Below, in pieces: positions 62,886-64,000 of a stretch of DNA of 64,000 nucleotides. Below the pieces are notes generated by a model, which was not told where the DNA came from, did no database searches, and worked only from the letters and a program-made list of their open reading frames with translations. This stretch comes from Trichoplax adhaerens (taxonomy: Eukaryota; Animalia; Placozoa): NCBI RefSeq assembly GCF_000150275.1, contig NW_002060969.1, positions 310,001 through 374,000 of the forward strand, given 5' to 3'. Positions within the stretch are counted from its first letter, which is position 1. Every line of letters starts with the position of its first letter. Position numbers and translations under genes: made by a program.

Positions 62886-64000
62886 ATGGTTCCTCCGCCA
62901 CCTCCCCCTCCACCGCCACCACCTTCAGGATCTGTCCCGAACATTGCGTCGTCCAAGTTGCTAAATCCTTCTGGAGAAGTTACACACTCAACCTCAGCTA
63001 AGCCAGACGAAAGTCGCAATTCACTACTTTCATCTATTCGTGCTGGAAAGCAGTTAAGGAAGACAACGACAGTTGATAAAAGTGGTCCGCTTCTGCCAAA
63101 AAGTACGGTAGTGACATAGTATTTCAGTTGTATTATTATCGTTATCAATAGCTTATTATTACAAATATGAAAGTTATGAGGCAAGAAATACACACGTCGT
63201 GATACCATAATTGCAATGACTGGTTGGAAGTACTACACTGTACTGTATGTTTGTGTTCTAACTTGTGATTACTCAAAATACTTAATTTTCGAAGAACAAA
63301 CAAGCTCGGATTCAGGGAGTCGTACGGATCAAGTTAGTTCCCGTGGCCCTGCAAATCTTGGTGGGTTATTTGCAGGTGGAATGCCGAGTCTGAGACCAAC
63401 AAATAGCCGCTTTTCATCGGCTGCTAATACAGGTTTGGCTATTAATAAAATCGTGTTTATTTATAAACAGCTCAAGATATCGATGTATTTGACTAACCAC
63501 TTAGTTATTAGTTGCTTCTTTAAAGTTGTAATAGCACCGGTATCATTGGAAATTTGTTACTTATTCAATCGCTGTTGCATTCCGTTTCATAGGTAAGCCT
63601 ACAAGCGATCAGCCGCCGTTCATGAAATTTCCGTCAAGATCATCTGACCAAATTTCAGTAAACCAGACAATTGGAACGGATAATAAATCTCAGGTAATTG
63701 AATTAATTATTATGTGCAATTACTTGACTACATAATGACCGTTCCAAACAATTTTTAGTTAAAGACAGCACTACAGAAGTTCTAACATGCAGGTTATTTC
63801 ATTCTATAGTGAACATACTTGAATGCACTTAGGAAACAATCTTCTTCATTATTCAGGTTCCACACTTCTCTAATAGATCCGCCATTGAGTCACAATCAGC
63901 GACTCCAGCGACAAGAATTCAACGTAATCGCCCTAGTGAAATATCGTCAACATCTCAACAAACTGTAAGTGAGCCATCCAATATAGCGTCTACAATGCCA
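62886..64000 (+). CDS. WASP-interacting protein / verprolin family (WIPF-like), 5' part; continues beyond the window
   Basis: N-terminal polyproline (MVPPPPPPPPPPPS), WH2 motif SRNSLLSSIRAGKQLRKTTTVDKSGP, then the verprolin motif LGGLFAGGMPSLRPT. Confidence 0.85.

Noticed and set aside
62816-63208. 130-aa minus-strand ORF with polyglycine
   Set aside because: Antisense of the WIP polyproline exon.

Overview
AT-rich (roughly one-third GC), intron-dense eukaryotic DNA with short GT-AG introns and compact gene spacing. The gene set and sequence style fit an early-branching animal, most likely a placozoan (Trichoplax-like; this is inference). I could splice ten protein-coding genes by hand. In order they are: an uncharacterised minus-strand gene with a beta-TrCP/Smaug-type dimerisation helix; a ~15.5 kb gene combining KASH5-type EF-hands, long coiled coils, an MRVI1/LRMP domain, a TM helix and a KASH-like PPTPT tail; TTLL1; PSMD13; a KIAA2012-like gene; ODF3/CIMAP1; ACTR6; a thioredoxin with a WCQPC site; CIAO3/NARFL; and the 5' part of a WIP/verprolin gene. 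Most short ORFs in the supplied track are exon fragments, antisense shadows or translations of a (TACTG/CAGTA)n pentamer repeat. The most notable signals are: (1) a single-gene KASH5/LRMP/IRAG-like protein with candidate dynein-adaptor and LC8 motifs and a possible internal promoter; (2) pentamer-repeat islands at gene 5' ends; (3) RFX X-boxes at three genes; (4) Helitron-like 3' ends; (5) GC-AG introns in PSMD13; (6) PSMD13-ODF3 linkage that also exists in human. Coordinates were read by eye and family assignments rest on remembered sequences; no searches were run.
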